Below, in pieces: positions 39,690-50,450 of a stretch of DNA of 64,000 nt; position 1 is the first letter of the stretch, and each line of letters starts with the position of its first letter. Origin of the DNA: an uncultured bacterium (GTDB lineage Bacteria; UBP6; UBA1177; JAKLFG01); the NCBI GenBank assembly GCA_937871295.1, contig CALMRE010000219.1, positions 174-64,173 on the forward strand, in the 5' to 3' direction. A model generated the notes under the pieces. It made no database searches, was not told the origin of the DNA, and was given only the letters and a program-made list of their open reading frames with translations. A program made the translations under genes and the position numbers.

Positions 39690-40367
39690 TCACTCGCCGC
39701 CGGGACACTGTTTGGCGAGTTCCTGTATCCGGCCGCGCATCTCCTCCGAGGTGATGGTGTAATGGTCGGTGATGTACTTCAGGCGCATCTTGACGGCGGG
39801 ACAGCGATCTTTTTTGGCGTAGAACTCGGCGACCTTCAGTTCGCGCGAAAGAAGCATCGTTTCGGCCTCGGCCAGTTTTCCCTCCGTCTCGGCAACGAAC
39901 TTTCCCTGCGGGTAGAGACGCAGATATTCGCGGTACTGCGCGGCCGCTTTTTCGACGCTGTCGGATAGGTCCTTCTCTTCGGGCGGCGGCAGGAGCCAGA
40001 AATCGCTCGGCCGCTGTTCGAAGGTGCAGTTGCCGGTCTGGAACTGCGCCCAGTCGGACAGTTCGTGGTTCGGCCGCATCTGCAGAAAGAGTTTGTATAT
40101 CTCGAAGGCGGCGGCGAACTCTTCGCGCTTGAAGTGGGAATCGGCCAGCCCGATGCGGGCGAACGGTTCCCATTTGCTGTAACTGTAGTCGGCGATGACC
40201 TTCAGGAAATTCTCCTGCGCATCCTCGAAGTCGCCTTGTTCCAGATAGGCGGCGCCGGTGCGATAGAGCTTCTCGGCGTCCGATTCGGCGCCGGTGATGA
40301 CCGGTGTCGACGAGCAGGCTGCCGCGAAGAGGGCCGCGCCGATAAGGCTGAAAAATGCGTTCTTCAC
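39690..40367 (-). CDS. bamD: Outer membrane protein assembly factor BamD-like TPR lipoprotein
   Basis: Lipobox FAAACSS. TPR repeats with the BamD-type YLEQGDFEDAQENF, and a C-terminal MRLKYITDHY helix. Confidence 0.65.
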   Translation of the reverse strand: MKNAFFSLIGAALFAAACSSTPVITGAESDAEKLYRTGAAYLEQGDFEDAQENFLKVIADYSYSKWEPFARIGLADSHFKREEFAAAFEIYKLFLQMRPNHELSDWAQFQTGNCTFEQRPSDFWLLPPPEEKDLSDSVEKAAAQYREYLRLYPQGKFVAETEGKLAEAETMLLSRELKVAEFYAKKDRCPAVKMRLKYITDHYTITSEEMRGRIQELAKQCPGGE

Positions 40368-41068
40368 TCTATCCTCCGGGTTAAATGTCGTATCTGCGGG
40401 GCGTGTATCCAGCCCTCGATGTTGTCCTGAAAACTCTTCGCCTTAAGCCAGCCGACCGAGGCGCCGCTGATCTCGAGCACCTCGCCTTCGCGCACTTTGC
40501 CGACCGCCGTGAGCGCCGTGTCGGGACCACTCTTCAGTTCCGCGGCGGTGACGGCGACCGCATAAAGCTGGGCGCCGGTGTCGCGGTAGCGGGTAAAGAA
40601 AAGGACCGCGAACAGCACCGTCAGCATGAACAGCGGCACCAGCAGCAACCGCAGTTTCCATCCCGGCCGGAGCATATACAGCAGTAGAGCGCCGATGAGA
40701 AGATACAGGAAAACGAAGAAGAGTATCATGACCGGCGCGATGTCGCCGCTCTTTTCGGTAAGCCGTTTGGGGACCGTGACATGCAGTTCGGCCGCGAGGA
40801 GGTCGATATTGTTGCGCGCCTCCTTCAGATCGGGGGCCGCCTGCAGCGCCTGCAGATAATGGTGCAGTGCATCTCCTTTCTGTCCCTGTTTCTCCGCGAT
40901 GACGCCGAGATTGTAGTGCAGGAGCGGGTCGAACGGCCTCTGTGCCAGCTCTTTTTCCACCAGCGCCTGTGCGGCGCGGTGATCCTTTTTCGCGTACAGT
41001 TCAAAAAGATCGTCGGCGCAAAGCGGGAGCGCCGCGAGCAGTAGCAATATGCCGAGAAGCCGTTTCAT
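40364..41068 (-). CDS. batE: BatE-like protein (TPR + TM + SH3b)
   Basis: Signal peptide, TPR repeats, two TM helices and a C-terminal SH3-like domain. It is the last gene of the bat operon. Confidence 0.6.
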   Translation of the reverse strand: MKRLLGILLLLAALPLCADDLFELYAKKDHRAAQALVEKELAQRPFDPLLHYNLGVIAEKQGQKGDALHHYLQALQAAPDLKEARNNIDLLAAELHVTVPKRLTEKSGDIAPVMILFFVFLYLLIGALLLYMLRPGWKLRLLLVPLFMLTVLFAVLFFTRYRDTGAQLYAVAVTAAELKSGPDTALTAVGKVREGEVLEISGASVGWLKAKSFQDNIEGWIHAPQIRHLTRRIE

Positions 41069-42803
41069 GCGAGCCTCCGCGCACCGCGCAGGAGTTCGAG
41101 GGCCTGCTGTTTGAGCGTTGCCAGATCGCTGCCCGCGCCGCCCGAATAAACGCTGTTCTGCAGTTTACGCGCCAGTTCTATGAACGGCGCGGTCCGCCCG
41201 GCGAACCGTTTTTCCACCTCGCGGGTCCGTTCCCCCTTGAGGGCGATCCCGGAAACCGCCTTGACCGCGTCGTAGTAGGTGTTGAGGAGTGTCGACGGAT
41301 CGGCCGCCGCCTCGATGCGCCGTTCCCATTCGCGCAGCAGGAAGGCCTCTTTTTCGCGCCGGTAGCGAAGGATGCCGCGGACAAAGAAGATAAGCGCGCC
41401 TAGACAGAGCAGCACGAGAGGCAGGGCGAGCGCAGCGCGGAACAGCGGCCGTTCGGTCAGGGGGGTCAGATCGTACACCGCCAATCCCGCCGGCAGTTCG
41501 CGGAGCAGTTCGTAACTGACCGTCCGTTTGGCCTCTTCGGCCGCCGCCGGATCGGAGGCCAGTTCGCCCACGGTGATATTGACCGGGCGGGTGGCGAGTG
41601 TCGACCACCCTCTCTGGCGATCGTAGGTGTCGATCACCGCCGCCGGCAGTTCAAAAGAGCCGGCGCGGAGACCCTTGACCATGAACTTGAAGGTTTTGGT
41701 GCCGCAGAGTCGCGCGCCGTCCCAGCGGGTGTCGACCTTGACATCGGGCGGAAATATCTTGACGCCGTCCTCCGACTTGAAGTTCAGGTCGAGTTGGCGC
41801 AGAGCGCCGCAGCCGGTGATGGTGTAGGTGACGGTATCGAGCGGTTTGCGCTTGTCGAGGTTGAGCAGGGTGTGGCTTTGGGTCACCGCAAGATCGGCGA
41901 CGATGCCGCCGGGGTGCCGGTCGGCGTCGGGAAGGGGGGAGAGATCGAACGACAGGTGGGGCGAAGAGAGCGCTTTTCTGCGCATGTCGAAGAAACTGCC
42001 GGTCACCACATCGAGTATCATCTGGGTCGCCCCTAGGCGGGTCGTTTTGGCGTCGGGGACGAGCAGGTAGCGTTTCAGCAGCGCGTAGTCGTAGACCGCC
42101 CCTTCAAGATTGACGCGGCTGAAGTTGAGTTTGCGCGGGGCGTCTATCTCCTCGCTCCAGCCGTTCTCGAACGATGGTATCTGGGAGAACGAAAGGTCCG
42201 ATATCTGGTTCTTCAGCGTGAACAGGTAGTAACTCACGACCAGCGGTTCGCCGCGGTAGCGCGGTTCATCGGGCCAGACCACGGCGCGGATGAAGTAGCG
42301 CCCCGTCTGTTTCTCCCACGCCGAAAGCGGCGCGAACAGCGAGTTGCCGGCGTCGGTCGGAGCGGGAATGCCGCCGGGCTGCTGCTGCATGCCGGGGGCG
42401 GCGGGCTGTTGCGGCGCGGAGCCGCCGGTGACGGTGACGCGTACCTGATTCGACCGGACCTCGCGCCCCTTTTCGAGTACGAGCGTCGCCGGGCCGAGGG
42501 TGAACTGTCCCGCCTTCTGTGCGCGGAGGATATAGGTGATGGTCCGCTCCTTGCGCGAGGTCATCTTGCCGTTGATGATGCTGACCGAACTCGAGGTCGA
42601 TTCGCCCCGGTTCTCGATGGTGAACCCGGGAAGATCGGGTTCTTTCACCTCCACCACATCATCCTTTTCATCGTCGACGATGGTAAGGGTGAGGGTCAGT
42701 TCGTCACCGGTCGCCAGACTTTGCCGGTCGATCTCCAACTGGACGGAGGTGGCGGAGGCAGTACCCCATAAGAATAGTAAGGATATGAAAAATAAGCCGG
42801 TTC

Positions 42804-42807
<4 letters not shown>
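41065..42807 (-). CDS. batD: BatD-like oxygen tolerance protein
   Basis: About 580 aa; signal peptide; a beta-rich ectodomain; a single TM near the C-terminus plus a cytoplasmic helical tail, the classic BatD topology. Confidence 0.7.
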
Positions 42808-43549
<742 letters not shown>

Positions 43550-43553
<4 letters not shown>

Positions 43554-44527
43554 ATCTTTTCCTCCTTCCGGCCGACCGGGACGACGAGAAAGAGCGCGAA
43601 GAAAAGTATCCCGAGCCCGAGCGGCAGGGCGAACTGTTCGCGGTAGAGTTGTACCCGTTTTTCCTCCAGTTTCGTCCGGTTGCGGAACGATTTGACGAAG
43701 GAGGAGAGCGTTTCTCCTTTCTGTATCTCCAGCGCACCGAGGCTGTCGCGGCACTTGTCGAAGAAGGGCTGATTGAGTTTCGAGACGACCGTTTCGCCGC
43801 GCGCATCCTTGAGGTAGCTGTCGCCCAGCGATATCGGCGCCCCTTCGGCGGTGCCGAGCGGGAGGATGGCGAGACTCACCTTTGCGTCGGCTATCTTCTG
43901 CCGCGTCGCTTCGAGATCGAGCGACGGGTCCTCGCCGTCGGATACGACCACCAGCAGTTTATCGGCGTTCTCCGCGCCGCTTTTCAGCGTTTCGAGCGCC
44001 AGTTCCACCGCAGCGCCGAGCGCCGTTCCCTGTTTTTCTATCATCCCGGGCCGCAGATCGGCCGCCACCGCGAGCGCCGTGTTGTAGTCGGCGGTGAGCG
44101 GGAGTTGCAGGAACGCCGATCCGGCGAAGGGAACCACCGCGACGCGGTCGCCGCCCAGTTCGGTGATGGCGTCTATGAGGAGCCGTTTTCCCTTTTCAAA
44201 GCGCGGTCCCTCCTCATCCTCGGCGAGCATCGACAGCGACACGTCGAACACGACGGCGACATCGATCCCCTCGTTCGAAAGGTTCACCTCCGCTTCGCCC
44301 ATCTGCGGACGGACGGCGGCGAGGTTGAGAAAGATGAGCGCCATCACGAGAAATATCCGGCGCAGCCACAGCGCCCGCTCCGACAAGTTGGTCGCCTCGT
44401 CGCGGCGGGTCGGGCTGAAAAGCGCCGCGAACCGGAGACGCCGCCGTTTGGCGACGGTGAAGTAGACGAGAAGCGCCGGGAACCAGACGAAGAAGAGGAG
44501 GAAATAGAGCGGCGCGCCGAACTTCAT
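43550..44527 (-). CDS. batB: BatB-like vWA-domain protein
   Basis: Two N-terminal TM helices; vWA MIDAS motif DVSLSM; C-terminal TM. Confidence 0.8.
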
Positions 44528-45513
44528 CGTTCCACCTCCGGGTAGAGCGGGAAGATGAGGGCGAAAAGTCGCGCAAGCAGTATCAGCAACAGTGCGGCCG
44601 CGATGAAGTAGGGGGCGAATTCGTCGTACAGTTTATACTTTTGCGCCGGTACGGGACTTTTTTCCAGTTTGTCTATCTCGGCGAAGACGCGGTGCAGTTC
44701 GTCGGTCGATATCGAGGTGTAGTCCCTGCCGCCGGTCGTATCGGCGATCCGTTTGAGCAGATCGGGATTGACCTTCATCGTCACCGTCTGATAGGCGTCG
44801 CGGCCGAAGAGGTCCTTTCCGGCCGGGAAGGGGACCGGTTTGTTGGTGCCGATGAGGATGGTGTATATCTTGATGCCCAGTTTCTTCGCTATTTCGGCGG
44901 TCGCTTCGGGACTCACATTGCCGCTGTTGTTGTCGCCGTCGGTCAGCAGTATCACCAGCCGCGATTTGGCTTTCGAATCCTCCAGCCGCGACAGGGCGAG
45001 TCCGAGCCCGTTGCCGATGGCGGTGCCGTCGTCGATGACGCCGGTGGTGAGGCGGTTGAGCAGGTTCGTGAACATCGTGTAATCGGTCGTGAGCGGCACC
45101 TGCAGGAAACTCTCCTTGGCAAAGAAGACGAGCCCCAGCCGGTCGCTGCGCCGTTCGCGGACGAACTGCTCGATCACCCCTTTGGCCGCCGCGATACGAT
45201 TCTTTGGCTGGAAGTCGAGCGCCTCCATCGAACCCGACACATCGAGCGCGATGACGATATCCTTCCCTTCGACCGGCGGGGTGATGACCCGGTCGAGGCT
45301 GACCGGCCGCGCGAAAGCGACCACCAGCAGGATAAAAGCGAGCACATCAAAAAAGCGGCAGATGCGCCAACGGCCGTCGGCGGCGCGCCGCATTCCGGCG
45401 AAATCGGTGAAGTGGAGTATCCCGCCGCCGCCCTGCCGCCGCGAACGGAAGAGAAGCCACAAGAGCGGCAGCAACAGAAGCGTCAGCAAATATGTCGGGC
45501 GTACCAGTTCCAT
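44524..45513 (-). CDS. batA: BatA-like vWA-domain protein
   Basis: N-terminal TM helices; vWA MIDAS motif DVSGSM; C-terminal TM. It overlaps batB. Confidence 0.8.
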   Translation of the reverse strand: MELVRPTYLLTLLLLPLLWLLFRSRRQGGGGILHFTDFAGMRRAADGRWRICRFFDVLAFILLVVAFARPVSLDRVITPPVEGKDIVIALDVSGSMEALDFQPKNRIAAAKGVIEQFVRERRSDRLGLVFFAKESFLQVPLTTDYTMFTNLLNRLTTGVIDDGTAIGNGLGLALSRLEDSKAKSRLVILLTDGDNNSGNVSPEATAEIAKKLGIKIYTILIGTNKPVPFPAGKDLFGRDAYQTVTMKVNPDLLKRIADTTGGRDYTSISTDELHRVFAEIDKLEKSPVPAQKYKLYDEFAPYFIAAALLLILLARLFALIFPLYPEVER

Positions 45514-45576
45514 ACCGTTATCAGAGATCCTTCACAGCGTGGGTAATAACATGAGGGCGGTGTCCTTTATTCCGGC

Positions 45577-47100
45577 TCAGCCGAGGCTCCCGACCGCCGC
45601 TTCGACCGCGTCGAGTATCGCGCCGGTGCGGACCAGTTCCTGCATCGCGGTGTGGTCGGGGTAGAGCGGCCGGTCGATCTCGAGGAATTCGACCTTCTCG
45701 CGGATCGCCTTGTGGGCCGCCGCGACACCCTTTCCGGTGGTGAAACCGCGGATGTCGAGCGCCTGCGCCGCCGCCATGAATTCGATGCCGATGACGCCGT
45801 TGGCATTGTCGAGTATCTGGAGATTCTTGAGGGCGGTGTTCATTCCCATCGAAACGAAATCCTCCTGATCGGCCGCCGCCGGGATCGACTGGGTCGATGC
45901 GGGGGAGCAGAGGATACGCTGTTCGACGATGAGGGTATCGGCGGTGTACTGCGACAGCATCAGCCCCGAGAACATGCCGGGGTTCTTCGTGAGGAACGGC
46001 GGCAGACCGACCGACAGCGCCGGGTTATTGAGCCGGTTCATTCGGCGCTCCGAAAGGACGCTCACCATCGTGATCGCCTGACCGACCATCTCCATCGGCA
46101 GAGACACCGGCGTCCCCTGGAAGTTGGCGCCCGAGAGCGTCAGTTTCTCCTCGGGGATGAAGATCGGATTGTCGCCCACGCCGTTCAGTTCGGTCTCGAC
46201 CTGCGAGCGGGCCCAGCGGATGGCGTCGTGCGCCGCGCCGATGACCTGCGGGGTGGAGCGCATCGAATAGGCGTCCTGCACCTTCGTCTTCACCTTGCCG
46301 GTGAGGAGGTCGGAGCCGGCGACACATTTCCGTATCGCGGCGGCCGAGCGGACGGCGCCCGCAAAGCCGCGCAGTTCGTGGAGTTTGGTGTGGTACGGCT
46401 TCATGTTGGCGAGCAGTGCCTCGAGCGACATCGACGCGGCGATCTCGGCCTGCTTGAGCCAGCGGTCGGCGTCGTAGAGCGTCAGCGCGCTGATGGAGGT
46501 GAGGAGGTTCGAGCCGTTTATCGCGGCGAGTCCGTCACGCGCCTTGAGGCCGGGGACCGGGATCCCCGCCTTTTCGAAGGCGGTCTTGGCGGGAAGCAGT
46601 TCACCTTTATAATAGGCCTGTCCTTCGCCGAGGAGGGTGAGCGCTATCTGCGACATCGGGGCGAGGTCGCCGCAGGCGCCGACCGACCCTTTCTTGCAGA
46701 CGAACGGGGTGACGCCTTTGTTGAGCATCGCGATGAAGGTCTGCGGTATCTCGGGGCGGCAACCGGAGTTGCCGTGGGCGTGGACGTTGATGCGGGCGGA
46801 CATCGCGGCGCGGACATGCTCGATGGGGGCGGGGTCGCCGATGCCGGCCGAGTGGTTGTAGACGAGCCACCGCTGGAACTGTTCTATCTGGTCGTCGGCG
46901 AGCACCACTTCGGAGAATTCGCCGATGCCGGTGTTGACGCCGTACATGATCTCGCGCTTCGCGATCTTCTCTTCGACCATCGCGCGGCAGAGTTTGATCC
47001 GTTCGAGCGCTTTGGGGCACAGTTCGACCGGTTCGCCGTTACGGGCGATGGCGACCAGTTGTTCGATGGTCAGATGGCTTCCGTCAAGCATGATGGCCAT
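45577..47100 (-). CDS. HAL/PAL-family aromatic amino acid lyase/aminomutase paralog with an Ala-Cys-Gly triad
   Basis: GSVGACGDLAPMSQ carries ACG where ASG normally forms the MIO cofactor. The rest is full-length HAL-like (YGVNTG, NGSN, SMG regions). It ends 63 nt upstream of batA on the same strand. Confidence 0.7.
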   Translation of the reverse strand: MAIMLDGSHLTIEQLVAIARNGEPVELCPKALERIKLCRAMVEEKIAKREIMYGVNTGIGEFSEVVLADDQIEQFQRWLVYNHSAGIGDPAPIEHVRAAMSARINVHAHGNSGCRPEIPQTFIAMLNKGVTPFVCKKGSVGACGDLAPMSQIALTLLGEGQAYYKGELLPAKTAFEKAGIPVPGLKARDGLAAINGSNLLTSISALTLYDADRWLKQAEIAASMSLEALLANMKPYHTKLHELRGFAGAVRSAAAIRKCVAGSDLLTGKVKTKVQDAYSMRSTPQVIGAAHDAIRWARSQVETELNGVGDNPIFIPEEKLTLSGANFQGTPVSLPMEMVGQAITMVSVLSERRMNRLNNPALSVGLPPFLTKNPGMFSGLMLSQYTADTLIVEQRILCSPASTQSIPAAADQEDFVSMGMNTALKNLQILDNANGVIGIEFMAAAQALDIRGFTTGKGVAAAHKAIREKVEFLEIDRPLYPDHTAMQELVRTGAILDAVEAAVGSLG

Positions 47101-47209
47101 GGAGAACTCCTTAAAAAGCGGTTATTCACTACCGACCGGGGGCGATTATATTAGTAAGGAAAGGAGAGGCAAGGAAAATGGATGAAAACCGATGATGCCG
47201 CCGAAAAAG

Positions 47210-47776
47210 TTACTGACACTTCTCTGGGGTCTGCGCCGCTAATGAGTCGCCGCTGATACCGGCATTGGGCAGTTGCGCTTTAATATCGGAAAATTGTTGT
47301 TCGTCGGTGATACAGTTCCCGTTTACCGAAAGTGCCGTTATTTTCTTGCAGGAATATAGCGGACTAAGATCCGTTAAGTAGTTGTCCATAAGGTATAGCG
47401 CGTTCAACTCTGTCAGTCCCGACAACGGTTCGAGGTCTTTTATCTTATTGTTGTTAAGTTTAAGGTTGGTGAGTTTCGTCAGCGTGCGGAGTGGTTCGAG
47501 CGATTCGATCTGGTTGTCGCTCATGCCGACCCAATCAACATTAGGCATGTTTCCTATCCCTCTGATATCTCTGATCGTTCCCGCGCCACAACCTATCATC
47601 TTGACCTTGCTGTACTTGTCCGGATCGTTAGGGTCTATAAGATCGTTATTGTAATAGTCTTGAAGTGTTTCTTCGACGCAGGCTTTGAACGCCGGATCGG
47701 GGAACATCTCGCCGTTGCCGCCGTCATCGCACCCAACCGCGCCGATGAACACAACCGCCAGCAGAAAGTTCCTCAT
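47210..47776 (-). CDS. Internalin-like leucine-rich-repeat lipoprotein (low-GC gene)
   Basis: Lipobox AVGCDDGG; LRR_4-type repeats LxxLxxLxLxxNxIxDLxPL. Local GC is about 47% against a background of about 65%. Confidence 0.65.
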   Translation of the reverse strand: MRNFLLAVVFIGAVGCDDGGNGEMFPDPAFKACVEETLQDYYNNDLIDPNDPDKYSKVKMIGCGAGTIRDIRGIGNMPNVDWVGMSDNQIESLEPLRTLTKLTNLKLNNNKIKDLEPLSGLTELNALYLMDNYLTDLSPLYSCKKITALSVNGNCITDEQQFSDIKAQLPNAGISGDSLAAQTPEKCQ

Positions 47777-47789
47777 GGTAGCCGTGGCC

Positions 47790-48032
47790 TTACGCCGCGA
47801 CATAGGACCGACCGACAGCCTTGAGCCCGACCGGCTTTTTCTGGAACAGCATCTTGCGGAACGCCTCGAACCGCTTCACCTGCGCCGGCGTGTAGAGCCG
47901 TTCACCGCATTTCTCGCAGACCTCGGCGACCACCTTGAGGACGGCGGTGTCGTTGCCGCCCTTCACGATCTTTTCAACCTCTTTCTTCACCACGGCGCCG
48001 CCGCAGGTCGGACATTTTTTGAATGGAAGCAT
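47790..48032 (-). CDS. YgiT-type zinc-finger protein (MqsA-N-like), putative antitoxin
   Basis: MLPFKKCPTCGG...VCEKCGE gives the CxxC...CxxC zinc ribbon of the zf-YgiT family, about 80 aa. It starts 2 nt after the DUF4258 gene. The long track ORF at 47790..48398 was rejected as a fusion artefact. Confidence 0.6.
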   Translation of the reverse strand: MLPFKKCPTCGGAVVKKEVEKIVKGGNDTAVLKVVAEVCEKCGERLYTPAQVKRFEAFRKMLFQKKPVGLKAVGRSYVAA

Positions 48033-48034
48033 GA

Positions 48035-48346
48035 CTATTTCCTCCGCTTCTTGTTCTCTATCCACCGCTTGGGATCGGGGCGGTACACTGTTATGAGTAC
48101 CGCGTACCCGTTCTCTGCATTGTATCCCCACACCGAATGTATCGGCTCCTCGCGGTAGTTCCTGCCCGCGATAAGGATACTCGGATAGGGCTTGTCCTTC
48201 GGGTACTCTTCGATGATCTCGCCGTGCAGGACCGACTCGAAGATATCCTCGTACAAAAGCCGGTCGTTCTGAGCCTCGTCGTCGGCGTGTTCGGTGACCC
48301 GGTAATGTTCCTTGGCGATGGCGTCCAAAATGTCGGCGAGTTTCAT
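48035..48346 (-). CDS. DUF4258-family protein, putative toxin partner of the YgiT zinc-finger protein
   Basis: 103 aa, pattern ...HA.DEA..D.L...DI...L..GEIIEEYP.D.PYPS.LI.G...... typical of DUF4258. DUF4258 is commonly paired with zf-YgiT. Confidence 0.55.
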   Translation of the reverse strand: MKLADILDAIAKEHYRVTEHADDEAQNDRLLYEDIFESVLHGEIIEEYPKDKPYPSILIAGRNYREEPIHSVWGYNAENGYAVLITVYRPDPKRWIENKKRRK

Positions 48347-48423
48347 CGGTTCCTCTCCCGGTTCCGGCCCATTGTACCAACGGACAAGATGATGTCAAGA
48401 CGAGGCGTTAGTGCTTCGTGCGG

Positions 48424-49734
48424 TCAGCGCACCACTTCGGCGGTGAAGTCGATGCCGTCGCGGCCGGTGAGGCGGACCGTCAGGAGGTCGCCGGGCCGCT
48501 CTTTTTCAAGGTTCGTGAGTATCGTGATGCCGTCTATCTCGGGCGCCTGATGAACGCCGCGCCCTGTCGCAAGGGCACAACCGGCGTCAAATTCCTCATA
48601 CAGCACCGTCGTGGTCGTGCCGACGAGCCGTGACAGCCGTTCCTCCATCGTCGCCTGCGCCGTCTCCTGAAGCAGGGCGACCCGCCGGGCGATGGTGTCG
48701 CGCCGGTGCGACCGGAGTTTGCCCGCCGGGGTGTTCTCCTCCTTCGAGTAGCCGAAAACACCGATATAGTCGAGCGGAGCGCCAGCGATGAATGAACGCA
48801 TCTCCTCGAACTGGGCCGTCGTCTCACCGGGGAACCCCGCGATAAAGGTGGTGCGGATGATGGCGCGGTCGCCGAAGCGGCGGATGATGCTCTCCAGCGC
48901 GCGGTCGATATCTTTGCGGCGGTAGCGACGGTGCATCGCTTTGAGCACCGGATCGCTCGCATGCTGGAGCGGTATCTCGAAGTAGGGGAGCACTTTTTTG
49001 TGATCGAAGGCGTCAAGGAGCGTCGCGTCGATGCCGGAGGGGTAGAGGTACATCACGCGGATGCGGAACTCGCCCGGCAGTTTCGCCAGTTTTACCAGCA
49101 ACTTGGCCAGCGTCGTGTCGTTGTCGCGGCCGTAGGCGGTGGTGTCCTGCGCGATGAGGGTGAGTTCGCGGACGCCGGTGTCGATGAGCCGCGCCGCCTC
49201 GTCACGGATGTCGCGCGGCGGCCGTTCGCGGTAACTGCCCCGGATGAGCGGAATGGCGCAGTAGGAACAGCGGTTGTCACAGCCGTCGGCTATCTTTATA
49301 TAAGAGGTATAAGGCGACAGGGTGAGCGCCCGGTCGTGCTGGGCGGTCGCGATGAACTGCGGGCCGGTGGTTATCTGCGGCGCGGTGTCGCCGTCACCGA
49401 CGAGCGCGGCGATATGCGGGATATCCTCGATGCCGATGACCAGATCGGCCTCCGGGATCTTCGCGGCGATGTCGGGATACAACTGCGGCAGACAACCGGC
49501 GAGCACGAGTCGCGCCCCCTTCCGGCGGTGTGCATGGAGGTCGAAGAGCCGGTCGACCGTCTCCTGCCGCGCCTCCTCGATGAAGGCGCAGGAGTTGAGA
49601 ACGATGAGTTCGGCCGCCGTGGGATCGTCCACTACCCGCCAGCCGTCGCCCATGAGCGCCGCGAGCATCACCTCGGTGTCGACGCGGTTCTTGGGACAGC
49701 CGAGCGATTCAAAGTAGAGGGTGCGTTTCTTCAC
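48424..49734 (-). CDS. rimO: Ribosomal protein S12 methylthiotransferase RimO (MiaB-family radical SAM MTTase)
   Basis: MTTase N-domain LGCPKNRVD; radical-SAM CDNRCSYC; C-terminal TRAM domain. The length and N-terminus favour RimO over MiaB. Confidence 0.75.
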   Translation of the reverse strand: MKKRTLYFESLGCPKNRVDTEVMLAALMGDGWRVVDDPTAAELIVLNSCAFIEEARQETVDRLFDLHAHRRKGARLVLAGCLPQLYPDIAAKIPEADLVIGIEDIPHIAALVGDGDTAPQITTGPQFIATAQHDRALTLSPYTSYIKIADGCDNRCSYCAIPLIRGSYRERPPRDIRDEAARLIDTGVRELTLIAQDTTAYGRDNDTTLAKLLVKLAKLPGEFRIRVMYLYPSGIDATLLDAFDHKKVLPYFEIPLQHASDPVLKAMHRRYRRKDIDRALESIIRRFGDRAIIRTTFIAGFPGETTAQFEEMRSFIAGAPLDYIGVFGYSKEENTPAGKLRSHRRDTIARRVALLQETAQATMEERLSRLVGTTTTVLYEEFDAGCALATGRGVHQAPEIDGITILTNLEKERPGDLLTVRLTGRDGIDFTAEVVR

Positions 49735-49737
49735 GGT

Positions 49738-50436
49738 CTAGTATTTCTTGAGGTGCGCCTCGGTGACGAGGTAGGCGCCGTCCTCTTCCTTCTTCTCTAT
49801 CTTTATCAGAACCAGCGACTTCGGACGGACCACCAGCAGGTCGGACTTGCGCTGGTTATCCTCGTCGTCGATGTCGGCCGCGTTCTTTTTCATCTTAAAG
49901 AAGGCGACCGCCTTGACCGGTCCCTTGAGTTTCGAGAATTCACCGGTTTTCGGCCCGAAGCGGACCACGGCGTCGATTTTCATGAGGCCGTCGAGCCCCG
50001 AAAAGGAGACCGCGCTGATCTCCGCTTCGGCCATCTCATCGGCGCCGGCCGTTTGCCGCAGTTCTATCGGAACGGTCAGCGGTTCGGCCGTCTCTTTCTT
50101 TTCGCGCAGAAGCGCCAGCGGATCGTTTTTTAGCGAAACGCCGGTGTCGACCCCCGCCACCGCGCCGAGGAGCGTTTCCTGTTCCACCGAAGCGAAGTAG
50201 ATGCCGCCCAAGCGGAGTTCGACCGTCTGGTCGGGCAGTTTCTCGGCCAGTTTCTCCTTTATTGCCGCCGTGTTGAGTCCTTTCTTGAGTTTTATCAGTA
50301 CCCCGCCCCCCTTGAGGTTCCAACTCTCGGCCAGAACGGGGAGATAGGTACCGTCGGCACCCTTCACCAGAAGCGGGTCGGCCCGCAGGGTGACCGCCGC
50401 CGCGATGATACAGAGGAGAAAAAATATCGTTCTCAT
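49738..50436 (-). CDS. Secreted hypothetical protein
   Basis: Signal peptide MRTIFFLLCIIAAAVTLRA. The ORF-track N-terminal extension (to 51066) was rejected; it overlaps the HD-domain gene. Confidence 0.45.
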   Translation of the reverse strand: MRTIFFLLCIIAAAVTLRADPLLVKGADGTYLPVLAESWNLKGGGVLIKLKKGLNTAAIKEKLAEKLPDQTVELRLGGIYFASVEQETLLGAVAGVDTGVSLKNDPLALLREKKETAEPLTVPIELRQTAGADEMAEAEISAVSFSGLDGLMKIDAVVRFGPKTGEFSKLKGPVKAVAFFKMKKNAADIDDEDNQRKSDLLVVRPKSLVLIKIEKKEEDGAYLVTEAHLKKY

Positions 50437-50450
50437 GGGTCGCTCCGTTC

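Noticed and set aside
47790-48398. 202-aa ORF fusing an upstream Arg-rich segment to the YgiT zinc-finger gene.
   Set aside because: The upstream 122 codons overlap the DUF4258 gene out of frame and have no motif. The real gene starts at MLPFKK (48032), 2 nt after the DUF4258 stop.
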